Below, one piece after another: positions 42,305-52,404 of a DNA stretch of 64,000 nt. This DNA comes from a candidate division WOR-3 bacterium. GTDB taxonomy: Bacteria > Hydrothermota > Tepidihabitantia > Tepidihabitantales > Tepidihabitantaceae. The notes under the pieces were generated by a model. That model did not search any database, was not told where the DNA came from, and was given only the letters and a program-made list of their open reading frames with translations. The DNA lies in NCBI GenBank assembly GCA_965649205.1, contig CBFGJV010000001.1, positions 93,439 to 157,438 on the forward strand. The letters run 5' to 3'. Made by a program: the position numbers and the translations under genes. Numbering within the stretch: the stretch's first letter is position 1; every line of letters begins with the position of its first letter.

Positions 42305-42321
42305 CAAACTCTGCAGAAATT

Positions 42322-42358
42322 AAAGCGGGAGCGCAGAGAATACGCACTCCCGCTTTTT
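42322..42358. terminator. Probable bidirectional terminator between guaB and malic enzyme
   Basis: AAAGCGGGAG...CTCCCGCTTTTT inverted repeat. Confidence 0.75.
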
Positions 42359-42369
42359 AAAGCGAGCGA

Positions 42370-43740
42370 CTAGCTTTGGGGCGGAACAGGAATGAAGCCC
42401 TCTTTCATCATCCACTGCGTAAGCTCACGGGCTTGCTTGATGGTGGTGGTGGCTTTTTTCATCAATTCATCCCTGCTCAAGTGTATGCGCGCTACGCCCT
42501 GCTCAATAGCTTTCATCCCGACCGCCACGGCTTCGCGCGGGAATACTTCCCAGTCGTCCATAGTAGGTACTAAATAATCCGCTTGCAGACCGCGGTCCTC
42601 TGCGACCTTGGCAAGCTCAAGAGCAGCGGCAATGCACATCTCGTCGGTAATAGTCCGAGCGTTCACATCCAACGCACCCCGGAATATGCCAGGAAATCCC
42701 AAAGAATTATTGACCTGATTGGGAAAATCAGAACGACCAGTTGCAACCACGCGAGCACCAGCTTCAATTGCCTCCCAAGGCCATATTTCCGGAATCGGGT
42801 TAGCACAAGCAAAAACGATTGCATCCTTGGCCATAGACTCCACCCATTCCGGTTTCACTACTCCGGGACCGGGCGTAGAAAGAGCTATGAGCACATCTGC
42901 ACCCTTCATGGCATCGGCAATGGTGCCTCGTACATCCCACTTGTTGGAAATCTGACACATGTGCCATTTTTCCTTGAACTCGGCCTGAAGCTCGTTGCGA
43001 CCTTTGTGCAAGGTGCCCTTGGAATCGCACATGATGATATTCTCCGGGTTCACGCCTCCTTTGATGCACACACGGGCAATAGCTATGTTTGAGGCCCCGG
43101 CGCCAAGCATAGCAATTTTCACTTTGCCGATTTCTTTGCCCACAAATTTCAGAGCATTAACCAGCCCAGCATAGGTCACCGCGGCTGTACCCTGTTGATC
43201 ATCGTGCCAGACTGGAACATCCATCTCCGCACGCAGGGTGTCTAGAATGCGGAAACACTTGGGCTGAGCTATGTCTTCAAGATTGAACCCTCCAAAGGAC
43301 GGTTCCAGAAGCTTGGCGGTGCGGATAAACTCGTCCGGGTCTTTTGTACGCAGGGCGATAGGTACGGCGTCAACGCCGCCCAGGTACTTAAAGAGTAACG
43401 CCTTGCCTTCCATCACCGGCATAGAAGCCTCAGGTCCTATGTCACCTAGACCCAGCACCCGTGTGCCGTCGGTCAGAACGCAAATAGTGTTAGCTCGGTT
43501 GGTATGCTGAAAAGACATCTCTGGGTGTGCCTGAATGTCTTTGCAGGGTGCAGCTACCCCTGGGGTGTACCAGATAGCGAAGTCGTCAAAATTGCGTATG
43601 CAGCACTTTGGTACTGTCTGATATTTCCCCTTGTAGAAAGGGTGCAGCTTCATTGCATCGGCCGCGGGTTTCTTGGCCTTAGCAACCAGCTGGTCTATTT
43701 CGGCCTGTGTTAGTCTTTTCATCTTCTTCTCCTTATCCAA
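42370..43740 (-). CDS. NAD(P)-dependent malic enzyme
   Basis: YTPGVA, GLGDIG, MEGKALLFK, NLEDI, HDDQQGTA, ANPIPEI, NQVNN. Confidence 0.93.
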   Translation of the reverse strand: MDKEKKMKRLTQAEIDQLVAKAKKPAADAMKLHPFYKGKYQTVPKCCIRNFDDFAIWYTPGVAAPCKDIQAHPEMSFQHTNRANTICVLTDGTRVLGLGDIGPEASMPVMEGKALLFKYLGGVDAVPIALRTKDPDEFIRTAKLLEPSFGGFNLEDIAQPKCFRILDTLRAEMDVPVWHDDQQGTAAVTYAGLVNALKFVGKEIGKVKIAMLGAGASNIAIARVCIKGGVNPENIIMCDSKGTLHKGRNELQAEFKEKWHMCQISNKWDVRGTIADAMKGADVLIALSTPGPGVVKPEWVESMAKDAIVFACANPIPEIWPWEAIEAGARVVATGRSDFPNQVNNSLGFPGIFRGALDVNARTITDEMCIAAALELAKVAEDRGLQADYLVPTMDDWEVFPREAVAVGMKAIEQGVARIHLSRDELMKKATTTIKQARELTQWMMKEGFIPVPPQS

Positions 43741-43749
43741 TCAACGCGC

Positions 43750-45141
43750 CTATGACTTTGCTCGCGGTGGCTTCAATGTCAGAATCAGCACCGCGGAAGC
43801 AAGACAGAGTGTTCCTGACACTACGAACGCAAGATTGTAATTGTTCGCAACCTGCTTTACGATAGGCGCAAGCAGATTGCCTCCCAGCCCGCCAAAACCG
43901 TAGGCGGTAAAGATGAGACCATAATTTACGCCGGCGTTCTTCGTCCCGTAAAAATCGGCATTCACTGCCGGATAAATAGCGAGATAACCGCCAAAGGTTA
44001 GTCCGACAAGCGAAATACCTATCCAATACCAAGAGTGAAACTGAGGGATAAGGAAATAGCTAAACACAGCTAATCCGTTTATCAGGTAAATGAGAAACAG
44101 CGTCTTGGTGCGTCCAATGGCGTCGGAAATACGCCCCCAAAAAATTCGGCCCAAGGAGTTAAAAATAGCGAGCACGCTCACTCCAAGAGAAGCTTGCACC
44201 GGACTCAGCCCGGCCATTTCCTTTCCAATGGGAACAGTTTGACCGATCATCATTAGACCGGTTCCGGCGCCGCAGAAGTAGAGTATCCATATCAACCAGA
44301 ACTGCCAGGTTTTTATTATCTGTCCCGGGGTGTAATCAATCCTAAGGGACGCGGCACCGGTGGACTGAGGAGGGTTCCATCCCTGCGGTTTGTACCCAGC
44401 AGGCGGGTTGCGCAGAATAATTGCACCCAGCGTTACAATCACGATATAAGCCAGACCAAGATAGATGAAGGTTGGTTGTACACCGAGCGGTAGCTCAGCG
44501 GCCTTAGCTACAGCAGAGCGCAACCCGGTTGAGTCTATTGCTGCAGCCGAATCTGTCGCAGTTGATGCTATCGGGAGTGCTAGTGTATCAGTGAACGCCG
44601 GCGCAAGTTTGGCGCTCAGACGCGTGGCAAGTTCTGCCGGAACCTGTCGAACCGAACCGAGGGAACGCATCAGACTTTGGGCCAGCGGACCGACCACAAA
44701 GGCACCCGCTCCAAATCCGGCAACGGACAGCCCGGTAATCAAGCCTCGCTTGTCCGGAAACCACTTAACTCCGGCCGCAATCGGACATACATATGCAAAC
44801 CCAATGCCTATGCCGGAGACAATGCCATAGCCCACCACCATGCCGGTGATACTGCGGGCAAGCCCGGCGATAATCATCCCCGCTCCCAGAAGCACACCGC
44901 CAATGATAGCAACTATGCGTGGCCCCAGTTTATCCTGAAGCCGCCCGCCTAGAACCGTAGCCAAGGCAAAAAATACCAGTACAAAGCTGAAGGGGAGCTG
45001 AGCTTGCGCCAGTTTGACGCCGAGAAGGTCACGAATTGGGTCGCGGAACACACTCCAGGCATACACTGCACCCAGACAGAGCTGCACCATAATGGCGCCC
45101 ACAACTATGAACCAGCGATTGAAAACTTTGCCTTCGTTCAT
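43750..45141 (-). CDS. OFA-family (oxalate/formate antiporter-like) MFS transporter
   Basis: GAVYAWSVF, KWFPDKRGL..G, GRIFWG.ISD.IGR, FYG.KN.G.NYG. Confidence 0.9.
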   Translation of the reverse strand: MNEGKVFNRWFIVVGAIMVQLCLGAVYAWSVFRDPIRDLLGVKLAQAQLPFSFVLVFFALATVLGGRLQDKLGPRIVAIIGGVLLGAGMIIAGLARSITGMVVGYGIVSGIGIGFAYVCPIAAGVKWFPDKRGLITGLSVAGFGAGAFVVGPLAQSLMRSLGSVRQVPAELATRLSAKLAPAFTDTLALPIASTATDSAAAIDSTGLRSAVAKAAELPLGVQPTFIYLGLAYIVIVTLGAIILRNPPAGYKPQGWNPPQSTGAASLRIDYTPGQIIKTWQFWLIWILYFCGAGTGLMMIGQTVPIGKEMAGLSPVQASLGVSVLAIFNSLGRIFWGRISDAIGRTKTLFLIYLINGLAVFSYFLIPQFHSWYWIGISLVGLTFGGYLAIYPAVNADFYGTKNAGVNYGLIFTAYGFGGLGGNLLAPIVKQVANNYNLAFVVSGTLCLASAVLILTLKPPRAKS

Positions 45142-45169
45142 GAATCAACCTCCCTGAAAACCCGGAAAC

Positions 45170-45230
45170 GATAGACAGGATACCTAGAGTCCCGGCGTCC
45201 AGTCAGGTTCTCTATAGTATCCTGTCTATC
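45170..45230. repeat. Intergenic long inverted repeat (14-bp perfect stem)
   Basis: GATAGACAGGATAC (45170-45183) / GTATCCTGTCTATC (45217-45230). Confidence 0.85.
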
Positions 45231-45248
45231 TTTAGCCGTGTTCTGTTC

Positions 45249-47153
45249 CTATTCGTCGAGCGTAGAAATATCGCCCACTTCTTTGCCCAAAGCCTCTGCC
45301 TTCAATAGCCGGCGCATTATTTTGCCAGAACGGGTCTTGGGCAGTCTATCACGGAACTCAATAGAATCAGGCTTGGCAATGGGTCCTATTTCCTTGCCTA
45401 CCCATTCAATAAGTTCCTTCTTCAGAGCTTCTGACTTCTCATAGCCGACCTTAAGCGTCACGTACGCTTTGGGCACATCACCTTTGACCTCGTGCGGAAC
45501 ACCGATAACCGCTGCCTCGGCTACCGCGGGATGCGCAACGAGCGCAGATTCCACCTCAGCCGTACCAAGCCGGTGTCCAGCAACGTTCAGAACCTCGTCG
45601 GCCCGTCCCCGGAACCAGAAATAACCATCCTCATCCTTGGTGCAGGAGTCACCAGTCAGATAGACACCGGGGAAACGGGACCAGTACGCCTGCTTGTATC
45701 GCTCAGGGTCTTTATAGAGAGTTCGCAACATGGCCGGCCATGGTTTGAGCAGAACCGCAAAACCATTTTCATTCGGTTTTATAGGTTTGCCGTCCTGGTC
45801 ATATACATCAGCCAGAATACCAGGAAGCGGTTTTGTGGCTGAACCCGGTTTCAGGGGCGTAATCGGCAGGGGAGAGATTATGAAGTTCCCCGTTTCTGTT
45901 TGCCACCAAGTGTCCATGATGGGCAGTTTGCCGCCGCCGATATGCTCGCGGTACCATCTCCAAGCTTCTGGATTAATCGGTTCACCTACCGAGCCCAGGA
46001 GCCGGAGCGAACTCAGATTATGCTTTCTGGAAAATTCTTCGCCAAAACGCATAAACATTCTAATGGCGGTAGGAGAGGTATACAGTATGGTCACTTTCTC
46101 CCGAGCAATGATGGACCACCAGCGATCTGGAGCAGGGTAATCAGGAGCGCCTTCATAGAGTACAGACGTAGCACCGTTCATCAGGGGGGCATAGACTATG
46201 TAAGAGTGACCTGTGACCCAGCCGATATCTGCTGCACACCAGTAAATATCATCCGGCTTGATGTCGAACACAAACTTCAGGGTGGAATAGGTGCCAACCG
46301 CATATCCGCCGTGAACGTGAACGATACCCTTGGGTTTTCCTGTAGTTCCAGAGGTATACAGGGTATAGAGTACATCTTCTGAGTCCAACTGTTCAGGCGG
46401 ACATTCGTCGGGTTCATTAGCGGTAATTTCATGCCACCACAGGTCACGCCCCTCCTTCATCTGCACCTCGTTACCCGCACGCTTGTAAACAATGCAGTGC
46501 TGAATAGAGGGGCAGTCAGCAAGTGCCGGATCGGCATTTGCTTTGAGCGTTACTAGCTTGCCGCGACGGTAGCCACCATCGGCAGTAATAAGCACCTTTG
46601 CCTCCGCATCCTGAATGCGGTCACGCAGCGAGCCCGCCGAAAAACCAGAGAACACAACTGAGTGGATAGCTCCAATTCGGGCACAGGCCAGCATGGCCAC
46701 CGGTAACTGCGGAATCATAGGCATGAAGATAGTAACACGGTCACCCTTCTGGACGCCGAGCTTCTTCAGCGCGTTGGCTAGCTTATTCACTTCCCGGTAC
46801 AGTTGAGCGTAGGTCCACCGTTCAACCGGCTGATCCTGTGGCTCCGGTTCATAGATGTAAGCCACCTTATCCCTATTAGTCGTCTTCATATGCCGGTCAA
46901 GGCAGTTGTAAGTGATGTTAAATTTGCCCCCTACGAACCATTTGAAGAAAGGAGCGTTGGAGTCATCCAGAACTCTATCCCAGGGTTTGAACCACTCCAG
47001 CTCCTTGGCGACCTCACCCCAGTACCATTCCTGATTCTCGGCTTTTTTCAGCAGGTCATCATAATCTTTGATGCCATGCTTTTTCATAAAGGCCATGATG
47101 TTAGAATTTTCCACCAGCTCTTTAGGTGGGTAGTAAACCTCGGACTGTGGCAT
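45249..47153 (-). CDS. acs: Acetyl-CoA synthetase (AMP-forming)
   Basis: [40 protein letters not shown]. Confidence 0.96.
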   Translation of the reverse strand: MPQSEVYYPPKELVENSNIMAFMKKHGIKDYDDLLKKAENQEWYWGEVAKELEWFKPWDRVLDDSNAPFFKWFVGGKFNITYNCLDRHMKTTNRDKVAYIYEPEPQDQPVERWTYAQLYREVNKLANALKKLGVQKGDRVTIFMPMIPQLPVAMLACARIGAIHSVVFSGFSAGSLRDRIQDAEAKVLITADGGYRRGKLVTLKANADPALADCPSIQHCIVYKRAGNEVQMKEGRDLWWHEITANEPDECPPEQLDSEDVLYTLYTSGTTGKPKGIVHVHGGYAVGTYSTLKFVFDIKPDDIYWCAADIGWVTGHSYIVYAPLMNGATSVLYEGAPDYPAPDRWWSIIAREKVTILYTSPTAIRMFMRFGEEFSRKHNLSSLRLLGSVGEPINPEAWRWYREHIGGGKLPIMDTWWQTETGNFIISPLPITPLKPGSATKPLPGILADVYDQDGKPIKPNENGFAVLLKPWPAMLRTLYKDPERYKQAYWSRFPGVYLTGDSCTKDEDGYFWFRGRADEVLNVAGHRLGTAEVESALVAHPAVAEAAVIGVPHEVKGDVPKAYVTLKVGYEKSEALKKELIEWVGKEIGPIAKPDSIEFRDRLPKTRSGKIMRRLLKAEALGKEVGDISTLDE

Positions 47154-47268
47154 GACTGTTTCCTCCTTATTGTTGCATTATCGTATAGTTGCGGGTTACT
47201 TGCCGCAGTCTTGCAGCCAGGCTGCGGGTATGCCCCAAAGGCATGACTGCGCGGACTAGCCGGTGCTC

Positions 47269-47296
47269 AGTATAGGAAGCTAGCAATCGGTGTCAA
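47269..47296 (-). promoter_or_regulatory. Sigma70-type promoter of the acs operon
   Basis: TTGACA-16nt-TATACT, giving a ~110-nt leader. Confidence 0.7.
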
Positions 47297-47377
47297 GCTG
47301 ACTCTTGCGCCTCGCAGCGCCATAAGGGTCTGCCAGTAGTCTTGACAGCCACCACGCTGCCATTAGACTAGCGCTGC

Positions 47378-47450
47378 GCCGGCGTAGCTCAGTTGGCAGA
47401 GCAGCGGTTTCGTAAACCGCAGGTCGTCGGTTCGACTCCGACCGCCGGCT
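47378..47450 (+). tRNA. tRNA-Thr(CGU)
   Basis: GCCGGCGTAGCTCAGTTGG...GCGGT-TT-CGT-AA-ACCGC...GGTTCGACTCCG...CGCCGGCT; upstream TTGACA-16-TAGACT. Confidence 0.95.
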
Positions 47451-47549
47451 GTGTTGCCGAAGAACAAAAACCTGTATAACTCAGGGCGGAGTTCGTACAT
47501 GCCAAGACGCGAATCCTTAACCGTAAACTGTGCCCGTATCTAAGGCGCG

Positions 47550-50144
47550 ATGCTGAGCAGGAAACCTGGCGTACGCAAGGAGCTGGTTGAGCAGGCGGCC
47601 TTCGAAGAAGCCGAACGAAGAAGGGCCGAAAAAAGGGCCTCGGCGCTGTTTGATAGCCTAGTAGGTTCCAGCCCTGTAGCTATTGAGATATTCGACACAA
47701 ATGGCACACCTCTTTTCAGCAACAAGGCAGCTGAGCGGCTTCTAGGCAAGGTGCCTCCTCCTGGATTTTGCCTTTTCGAAGAACGCGGCCTCAAACGTGC
47801 TGGGTTGCTTGAACCTCAACTGAAGCGTGTGTTAGCCGGTACCAGAGTAGAAACTCCGCCCACCTGGTACGATCCTACCGAAATCGGCCTTGCCGGAGTT
47901 CCCGGCAGAAAAATATGTTTTCGTGCTACCGTGCTTCCCTTATTTGACTCCGAGGGAGTAGTTAAACGTATTGCTGTTGTGTACGAAGACATCACGGAAC
48001 TTGTAAGACTCGAAAAAAACCTGGAAGAGTTAAGAATCAGGCAACAAACAGAAGCCGCGCGGCTTGCGCCGGATGTCGTTACCGACACCCGGAATCTCGA
48101 CTACAGTAGAAGGAAAATTGAACAAGCATTGCACGAAAGCGAAGAAAGACGCCGCGCCCTTGTTGAGACAGCCAAGAACGGCATTGCTGTTTGTGAGCTG
48201 GATGATGCAGGTCACTTTCTGAGTATAAGCCAGTCAATCGAAACGATCTGGGGCATTTCGGCTGCGGCGATACTAGAGGACGCCTCACTTTTCTTTGCGC
48301 AGATTCACCCGGAAGACATAAAGGGCTTACAAGATACAGAACTTGCGATTCGCCGACAGCTAGCAATTCCCGATCGCTATCGTTTCAGAGTAATACACAG
48401 AGAAACGGGCAAGGTTTCTCACATAGACACGCAGACGGCGGTATTCACTATCGCCGGCAGAAAACTGCATTATCGCATTTTCTGTGACGTAACACAGTTG
48501 GTTACGCTTGAGCAGTCGCTTAGCGAAAAAAACGTCCTACTGGAGGCTTTGCTTGCCAGCGACCAAGAAAGCGTAGTACTTTTGGATCGCAATCTGGTAG
48601 TTATGCGCTGGAGTCCAGGCGCTGAGAGGCAGACAGGCATTCCTGCAGTGCAGGCAGTTGGGCTTTTGATTACCGAGCTATTTCCCGAATTCAGTTCGGC
48701 GGGCTTTACAGGTGTATTACACGCTTCGCTTTCTACTCTTTCCTGTCGTCAACACGAAGCCTTCTGCCCGCATATTGATAAGGAGAAAGCAGGCTGGTAC
48801 CATTTAACTTCCTATCCTTGGGGATCAGGTCTTCTCGTTTTCCTGCGTAATATAACAGCGTTCAAGACCGCCCAGCTCAAACTGGAGCAGATGCAGACTG
48901 TTTCTACATCGTTGCTCTCAACACAGGTAGATGCCTTAGCTGTGTTGGACAGCGACCTGACGATAATATCATGGAATGCCGCGATCGCTAGAGAGACATC
49001 CATCCCGACAGAGCAGGCAGAAGGCAAATCTCTCTTGGATGTTTTACCAGGTATCAGGGACGCCGGCTTCCTGCAGGCAATTCAGCAAACCATGCGTGAT
49101 CGTACGCCTCGCAAACACGAAGCGTTCTGCACCGACGTCCGGCAGCAGGTTGCCGGCTGGTATGAACTTACTTTCTACCCTTGGACCGACGGACTTCTAA
49201 TCTTCTTGCGCAACACAACGGAAGAAAAAAATGTCCGCCTAAACTTGGCACAGAGACAGGCGGACATGCAGGCGCTGTGTAACAGCGAAATCGACGGCGT
49301 AATACTCTTGGACGAGAACCTCACAGTGGTTTCCTGGAACCGAGCGGCAGAACGAGAAACGCGCATAACCAGTACTGAAGCCACGGGCAGGAGTATTACT
49401 GACCTGTACCCAGCTTTTGCAGAAACCGGATTCCTTCCTGTTATACAGAAGTGTATAACGCAACGTACCTCCAGCCGTTATGAGGCGTTCTACGACGACG
49501 GTCGAGACCGGTACGCCGGCTGGTTCAGTCTTTCTGCACATCCCTGGAATAGGGGAGCCCTCATTCTGATCAAAAATATCAGCCACTGGAAGAAAGCAGA
49601 ACAAGCTTGGCAGCAAACGGAAGCGCAACTAAAAGCCCTGCTGAATTTGCCCGGTCTAGCAATAGCAACTAAGGACGGAAATCTTCGCTACACCTTCGCA
49701 AATAAGGAAGCCAGAAGAATGCTATCCGGCACTAAAGTCGCTCCGTTATTGGGGATGTCGGACCATGAACTTCTAAAGACCGCAGTTGCTGACCTCCTGT
49801 CCTCATATGATCGCCAGGCACTATTGGAGTCTCGTGCGGTCAGCTTAGAAATAGCCTTACCTGACGCTGTCACGCCAGGTAGCAGATGGTACCACATAAT
49901 CAAAGTTCCATTTCAGGCAGGCGAACCGACGAAATCGGCCGTCAGTCATACAGATGGACCGCCGCGTCTGTCAGCTAGCCCTGTCTTCGGCACCATTACT
50001 GTAGGAATAGATATTACGCGACAGGTCTCTGCTCTTCAGGAACTGACTCGACGCAAAGAATTCCTGGAAAGCGTTGTTAGGCAGTATTTGGGCCTGATGG
50101 AACAGATCAAATCTGAGTTGAAAAACTGGGAGCGTCCGCTCTGA
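47550..50144 (+). CDS. Multi-PAS-domain protein with no recognisable output domain
   Basis: About 6 PAS/PAC units ending in DIT/NIT motifs; no H-box, GGDEF, EAL, REC or HTH seen. Confidence 0.8.
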   Translation: MLSRKPGVRKELVEQAAFEEAERRRAEKRASALFDSLVGSSPVAIEIFDTNGTPLFSNKAAERLLGKVPPPGFCLFEERGLKRAGLLEPQLKRVLAGTRVETPPTWYDPTEIGLAGVPGRKICFRATVLPLFDSEGVVKRIAVVYEDITELVRLEKNLEELRIRQQTEAARLAPDVVTDTRNLDYSRRKIEQALHESEERRRALVETAKNGIAVCELDDAGHFLSISQSIETIWGISAAAILEDASLFFAQIHPEDIKGLQDTELAIRRQLAIPDRYRFRVIHRETGKVSHIDTQTAVFTIAGRKLHYRIFCDVTQLVTLEQSLSEKNVLLEALLASDQESVVLLDRNLVVMRWSPGAERQTGIPAVQAVGLLITELFPEFSSAGFTGVLHASLSTLSCRQHEAFCPHIDKEKAGWYHLTSYPWGSGLLVFLRNITAFKTAQLKLEQMQTVSTSLLSTQVDALAVLDSDLTIISWNAAIARETSIPTEQAEGKSLLDVLPGIRDAGFLQAIQQTMRDRTPRKHEAFCTDVRQQVAGWYELTFYPWTDGLLIFLRNTTEEKNVRLNLAQRQADMQALCNSEIDGVILLDENLTVVSWNRAAERETRITSTEATGRSITDLYPAFAETGFLPVIQKCITQRTSSRYEAFYDDGRDRYAGWFSLSAHPWNRGALILIKNISHWKKAEQAWQQTEAQLKALLNLPGLAIATKDGNLRYTFANKEARRMLSGTKVAPLLGMSDHELLKTAVADLLSSYDRQALLESRAVSLEIALPDAVTPGSRWYHIIKVPFQAGEPTKSAVSHTDGPPRLSASPVFGTITVGIDITRQVSALQELTRRKEFLESVVRQYLGLMEQIKSELKNWERPL

Positions 50145-50267
50145 CAGCAGACGAAAAGCGACGCTCCGTTATCAGGATTAGAACTTGTCATCCTAGTTTG
50201 ACACGTCGGTAGGTGGTCATATATAATGCCGCACAATGCGACGTTCGAACTCGCAAAGGAGCTTTTG

Positions 50268-51236
50268 ATGAAATTTGTTTACTCGGATAGGTACGAAATA
50301 GACATTGGCGCACACGTGTATCGAACAGATAAGTACAGAATGGTACGAGACAAGCTACTCGCGGAGGGGCTTGCCAAACAAGAGGACTTTGTAGAGCCGC
50401 CTGAGCCTAGCATTGAGGACATAAAACTCGTCCATACTGAGGCGTATGTTGACGACATGCTGAATCTGCGCTGGACTTCCCGTACCGTACGCTCAGAATT
50501 GCCTCTCACTGAAACAATTATCCGCGGATATTTCTTGCACGCATCCGGCACAATCCTAGCATGCCGTTTAGCTCTGCAGGACAAGATAGCAATGCACCTG
50601 GGGGGCGGATTCCATCATGCCTTCGCGGATCACGCGGAAGGTTTCTGCTATATAAATGACATAGCCATAGCAATCAAGCGGCTGCTGCTGGATGGTCTCA
50701 TCCAGCGGGCGGCGGTCATAGATTGTGATCTACATCAAGGTAACGGTACCGCACGCATCTTTGCGGGAGATGAACGAGTATTCACTTTTTCCATACATCA
50801 GGAAAACTTGTACCCTATGAAAGAGGAATCCGATTGGGATATCGGTCTGGATGATGGGGTAGGAGATGACGAGTACCTCGAGCGACTAGGACAGGCTGTT
50901 CCCAGCATTCTGACAAAACACAAACCCGATCTAGTGCTTTATGTCGCCGGCGCTGATCCCTACCACCGCGACCAGCTGGGTACACTGCGTCTCACCAAAA
51001 GAGGTCTGGCGCTCCGGGACCGGCTGGTCATAGAGGGCTGCTACAAACGGGGCATAACTGTAGTTCCGGTGTTAGCCGGAGGTTACGCCTTGGACGTCAA
51101 AGACACGGTTGATATCCATACGCAAACTGCCCGCGAATGCTTGCGCGTACTTGGCCAATTACCCAAATCAAGCGAATCTGACGCAACTGAAAAAAGTACC
51201 GAGCAGACAAATCCCAATATGCCAACCCGGGGGTAA
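50268..51236 (+). CDS. Zinc-dependent histone deacetylase-family protein
   Basis: GGGFHHA, GFC, DCDLHQGNGT, GADPY..D.LG, AGGY; ATG 50268 after AAGGAG. Confidence 0.93.
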   Translation: MKFVYSDRYEIDIGAHVYRTDKYRMVRDKLLAEGLAKQEDFVEPPEPSIEDIKLVHTEAYVDDMLNLRWTSRTVRSELPLTETIIRGYFLHASGTILACRLALQDKIAMHLGGGFHHAFADHAEGFCYINDIAIAIKRLLLDGLIQRAAVIDCDLHQGNGTARIFAGDERVFTFSIHQENLYPMKEESDWDIGLDDGVGDDEYLERLGQAVPSILTKHKPDLVLYVAGADPYHRDQLGTLRLTKRGLALRDRLVIEGCYKRGITVVPVLAGGYALDVKDTVDIHTQTARECLRVLGQLPKSSESDATEKSTEQTNPNMPTRG

Positions 51237-51252
51237 TTCTAGGTCTACGAGG

Positions 51253-52404
51253 GTGTTTGGCGACGGGGCCAGCTCAATCCGGGTGTGTCTTATGACGTCT
51301 TCCCATCCGGTAGATTACAGTCGTTTCTACCATCGGGAAGCGGCTTCACTTGCGAAAGCAGGATACGTGGTCAACCTCGTAGGATTGAAACCGACTTCTT
51401 CCGTTTCGCCTTCCGGCGGAATTAGCCTATTCGCAACGGAGGAGAGGCGCGGCCTGGCTAAACTTCGTACCCTTGCCGAGATATATAGGGTAGCACTGCG
51501 TCTGAAGGCTTCCGTATACCACTGTTTTGATCCGTGGACTCTGGCTGTGGCTTTGGTTCTTGCGCGTCGATCGCCACACATCAAAGTAATCTATGATTCT
51601 ACTGAGCTGTACCCCAGTTACTATGCCGAGAGAAAAGATATTCCTCTGATTCTGCGCAGGTTTCTCGCCTGTTTCGTACGCCAGCTTGAACAGGTGGCAG
51701 TACGCCGCATAGATGGTGTTATTGAAACCAACCTGACACGCGCACAACGCTTTCGCAAATACGGCCGGGAGGTAACGCTTGTGCCTAACTTTCCTCTGAC
51801 TCAGTCATTGTCGACATTTGTGGCTCAACGAGAGCCAGTCATAGCCTATACCGGCCTGGTTAGCCGCGAACGAGGATTTGACAAGCTGCTCGTCGCATTT
51901 GCCCGTCTAGCACACGGATTTCCAGATCTGCGTCTTAGGATTGTAGGCGACTTCGATCCTCGAGGAAATCTCGCCCAATGGAGTGCCGCTTTCATAAAGA
52001 AGCACAACCTCAACACAAAAGTAGAGCTTCTCGGTTGGTTGCCGTACGAACAGATGCTGCGGGCAATAAGCAAGTGCCTGGTCGGCGTAATCCTACTGCA
52101 ACCCGGTCGCACTAATGACTATACAGGGCAACCGAACAAGCTTTTCGAATTTATGGCTTGTGGCCTGGCTGTTGTAGCGAGCAATTTTCCAGAAATTGCG
52201 CCTGTAATAGGGGAGGCTGGTTGTGGGTGGCTAGTTGATCCGACTAACATTTCATCCATTACGCAGGCACTAAGAACGGCCCTCGCAAACCCAGAATGTT
52301 GCCAAGCTAAAGGTTTTGCAGGGAGGGAAGCTGTTTTGAATCGCTACAACTGGTCGCAAGCAGAAGCAAATCTGCTGAATTTATATCAAAAACTTGCTAG
52401 ATGA
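51253..52404 (+). CDS. GT4 glycosyltransferase (start approximate)
   Basis: H...D/YSR.YH.EA.SL, PNKLFEFMACGLAVVAS. Confidence 0.88.
   Translation: MFGDGASSIRVCLMTSSHPVDYSRFYHREAASLAKAGYVVNLVGLKPTSSVSPSGGISLFATEERRGLAKLRTLAEIYRVALRLKASVYHCFDPWTLAVALVLARRSPHIKVIYDSTELYPSYYAERKDIPLILRRFLACFVRQLEQVAVRRIDGVIETNLTRAQRFRKYGREVTLVPNFPLTQSLSTFVAQREPVIAYTGLVSRERGFDKLLVAFARLAHGFPDLRLRIVGDFDPRGNLAQWSAAFIKKHNLNTKVELLGWLPYEQMLRAISKCLVGVILLQPGRTNDYTGQPNKLFEFMACGLAVVASNFPEIAPVIGEAGCGWLVDPTNISSITQALRTALANPECCQAKGFAGREAVLNRYNWSQAEANLLNLYQKLAR

Noticed and set aside
47499..47543. 14-aa ORF in frame with the PAS gene (possible readthrough or uORF)
   Set aside because: Ends in TAA with no recoding signal; too short to support
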